This document shows, piece by piece, positions 26,308 through 28,010 of a DNA stretch of 28,010 bases. A program made the translations under genes and the position numbers. Within the stretch, counting starts at the first letter, position 1; each line of letters begins with the position of its first letter. Where the stretch lies: assembly GCA_020184695.1 (NCBI GenBank), contig JAANOX010000089.1:1-28010 (forward strand). Direction: 5' to 3'. The stretch comes from Histomonas meleagridis 2922-C6/04-290x (lineage: Eukaryota > Protista > Parabasalia). The notes beneath the pieces were generated by a model. That model had not been told where the DNA came from. It was given only the letters and a program-made list of their open reading frames with translations, and searched no databases.

Positions 26308-28010
26308 TTATTCTTCTGAACGAGAAAGAAGTTTTGATATCCAATCCGATATTTTTGTATGAAAGTCTTTAATTTGATCTTTAATTCTCCTATCTATTGA
26401 TACTGTGCCATCATTTAAAGCTTCAAGCAGTTCATATCCTTGATTCTGTATGTTTAACATCATTTGATCATTTGCGCTTACGGTAATTGTTCCATTTATA
26501 TTCGTTCTTCGATCTATTGCAGCTTTAATTGAAAACAATGTTGCTTCTGTACCAGAGCTAATATAACATGAATCAGATTCAGCTCTAATTGACCAATATT
26601 CACCAAAAGGAGATAAAAATGATTTCGGTTCCAATAATTCTTTTGGTAAAATTCCTTCGACTTTAAATTGTAATGAAGTAATATTACTTTGAGTGGTTAA
26701 TGAATGCATTGGAGAAAGTGTTCCAACATTTGACCAAGTGGAATCAATTGGAATAGAATAATCGAAAATATCAAAATGAGAAGAAACAACAAAAGAAGCT
26801 TCTTTTTCATAGCAAAGAAAAACATCAATATCTAAAGGCTGTGGAGAAACAACACTTATTTCTCTTTTCCATTTAATTACTAATGTTTTAATTTGAGGAA
26901 TTGTAATTGTTTCTGTTGGTTTATCATTCGTTTTAATAACAATTACAAGAGTAATTCCTCTGCATGAAAATTGAGTCAACGGAGTTAATTCTAAATTGAT
27001 AAATGGAATTACTTCTCCATTTGGTGTCAACACAACTTCCATTGTTAATGAAGATGATATCGCATTACTTCCATTTTTTAATGCTCGAATTAATTGAATT
27101 CCATCAAGTTTAGATTCAACATTTGTTATTTGCTTTTGTAAGTCATTATATTCATTGGATATATCACATAACTTATTAAGCGAATATTCGATGAATCGTG
27201 ACTTTGGATCCATAGTTTTATGGGAATGTTCAGTAATGGGAATGATTACGCCTGATGAAGTTAACGCATAATTAAGCATTGATGCTATAATACGCGATGG
27301 GAAAACTGAACAGACTTGAAATGATGATGGGTTTGACACAGGTGCAACATATAATCTTTCATTAGAAACAAAAAGAAGTTGAGTACCTTCAACATATATC
27401 GATGATATAGGGTGTGGAAGTAGGCCAACAACTTTGTTCGATAAAATTGTACCATATTGACCAACAATGATGACATGAGAATTATCTATATAAATGTTAT
27501 TTATTGGTTCCGACTTCGAAAGAAATGGAAGAGACAATTCTTCATAAATTAGAAGTTGATTCGGAAATGAGATTCGATAAACATTACCAAGATTATCACC
27601 ACAAAATACAATGGTATGTAATGGATTTGATTCTGGTATTAACCCTGCTGAAATGGCAATGCTTCGGGAGACTGATGTGACTGATGTTATTGTGGTCTCA
27701 AGATTGAATGTTGAATTAATTGAAGAATCGCGAATTGTAGAAATAATATTACCACAAACAAGGTATAAAATCTTTTCGTATGGAACAATGTAGATGGATT
27801 CAAATTGGAAAGGAATTTGAATTAATTCTTCAAAATCCAAATTTAAAGAAGGGTCCTTAAGCAATGGCAAAATGCGTGCTCTAAAAACATGTGATTCTTT
27901 ATCGACAACATATAATGATTGCCCTTTAGGTGAAAAAATGATATTATTAATTTTATTTTGAAATTTAAAAAATTGTGGTTTAATTTTTGGATGTTGGAGA
28001 AACAACACGA
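26308..28010 (-). CDS. Beta-propeller plus coiled-coil protein, 5'-partial (runs off the window)
   Basis: Frame open to the window edge. WD40-like strands (SPKGQSLYVVD, VFCGDNLGNVYRI), heptad segment KLCDISNEYNDLQKQITNVESKLDGIQL, then a beta-rich region. Confidence 0.7.
   Translation of the reverse strand, partial: VLFLQHPKIKPQFFKFQNKINNIIFSPKGQSLYVVDKESHVFRARILPLLKDPSLNLDFEELIQIPFQFESIYIVPYEKILYLVCGNIISTIRDSSINSTFNLETTITSVTSVSRSIAISAGLIPESNPLHTIVFCGDNLGNVYRISFPNQLLIYEELSLPFLSKSEPINNIYIDNSHVIIVGQYGTILSNKVVGLLPHPISSIYVEGTQLLFVSNERLYVAPVSNPSSFQVCSVFPSRIIASMLNYALTSSGVIIPITEHSHKTMDPKSRFIEYSLNKLCDISNEYNDLQKQITNVESKLDGIQLIRALKNGSNAISSSLTMEVVLTPNGEVIPFINLELTPLTQFSCRGITLVIVIKTNDKPTETITIPQIKTLVIKWKREISVVSPQPLDIDVFLCYEKEASFVVSSHFDIFDYSIPIDSTWSNVGTLSPMHSLTTQSNITSLQFKVEGILPKELLEPKSFLSPFGEYWSIRAESDSCYISSGTEATLFSIKAAIDRRTNINGTITVSANDQMMLNIQNQGYELLEALNDGTVSIDRRIKDQIKDFHTKISDWISKLLSRSEE

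Noticed and set aside
12693-27793. Short ORFs overlapping real genes (for example 12693, 12775, 14316, 15148, 15563, 16739, 17012, 17538, 19898, 20570, 21028, 21324, 23301, 24991, 25131, 25721, 27285, 27611)
   Set aside because: Antisense or alternate-frame shadows of supported genes with no recognisable motifs.

Overview
AT-rich eukaryotic DNA, most likely a parabasalid (Tritrichomonas/Histomonas/Trichomonas-like). This is inferred from dense, nearly intron-free genes, TCAYTT initiator and CCTTT motifs, TAA stops running into TAAA, and DUF3447-type ankyrin genes. Gene content: a decayed PIKK/FAT-like remnant, a Furry/Tao3-like giant HEAT protein, an atypical Rho, a type I surface protein, an importin-beta family protein, tRNA-Thr(CGT), ADF/cofilin, a bacterial-type B12-dependent class II ribonucleotide reductase broken by three homopolymer frameshifts, an ankyrin gene, a CTL/SLC44-like transporter, a Rab, an ankyrin pseudogene, an LRR protein and a partial beta-propeller protein. 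The standout observation: at three separate loci, 34-aa ankyrin repeats are interrupted at the same position by AT-rich inserts with no usable GT-AG ends and no parabasalid branch-point motif. Insert lengths are mostly 8+20n nt (28, 28, 48, 48, 68, 68, possibly 128; outliers 51 and 69). They are built from a 20-nt module, and four carry a positionally conserved hairpin with one compensatory change. Removing them restores a continuous ankyrin array. This suggests an unannotated non-canonical intron or recoding system, but there is no transcript evidence here. All coordinates and translations were derived by hand.
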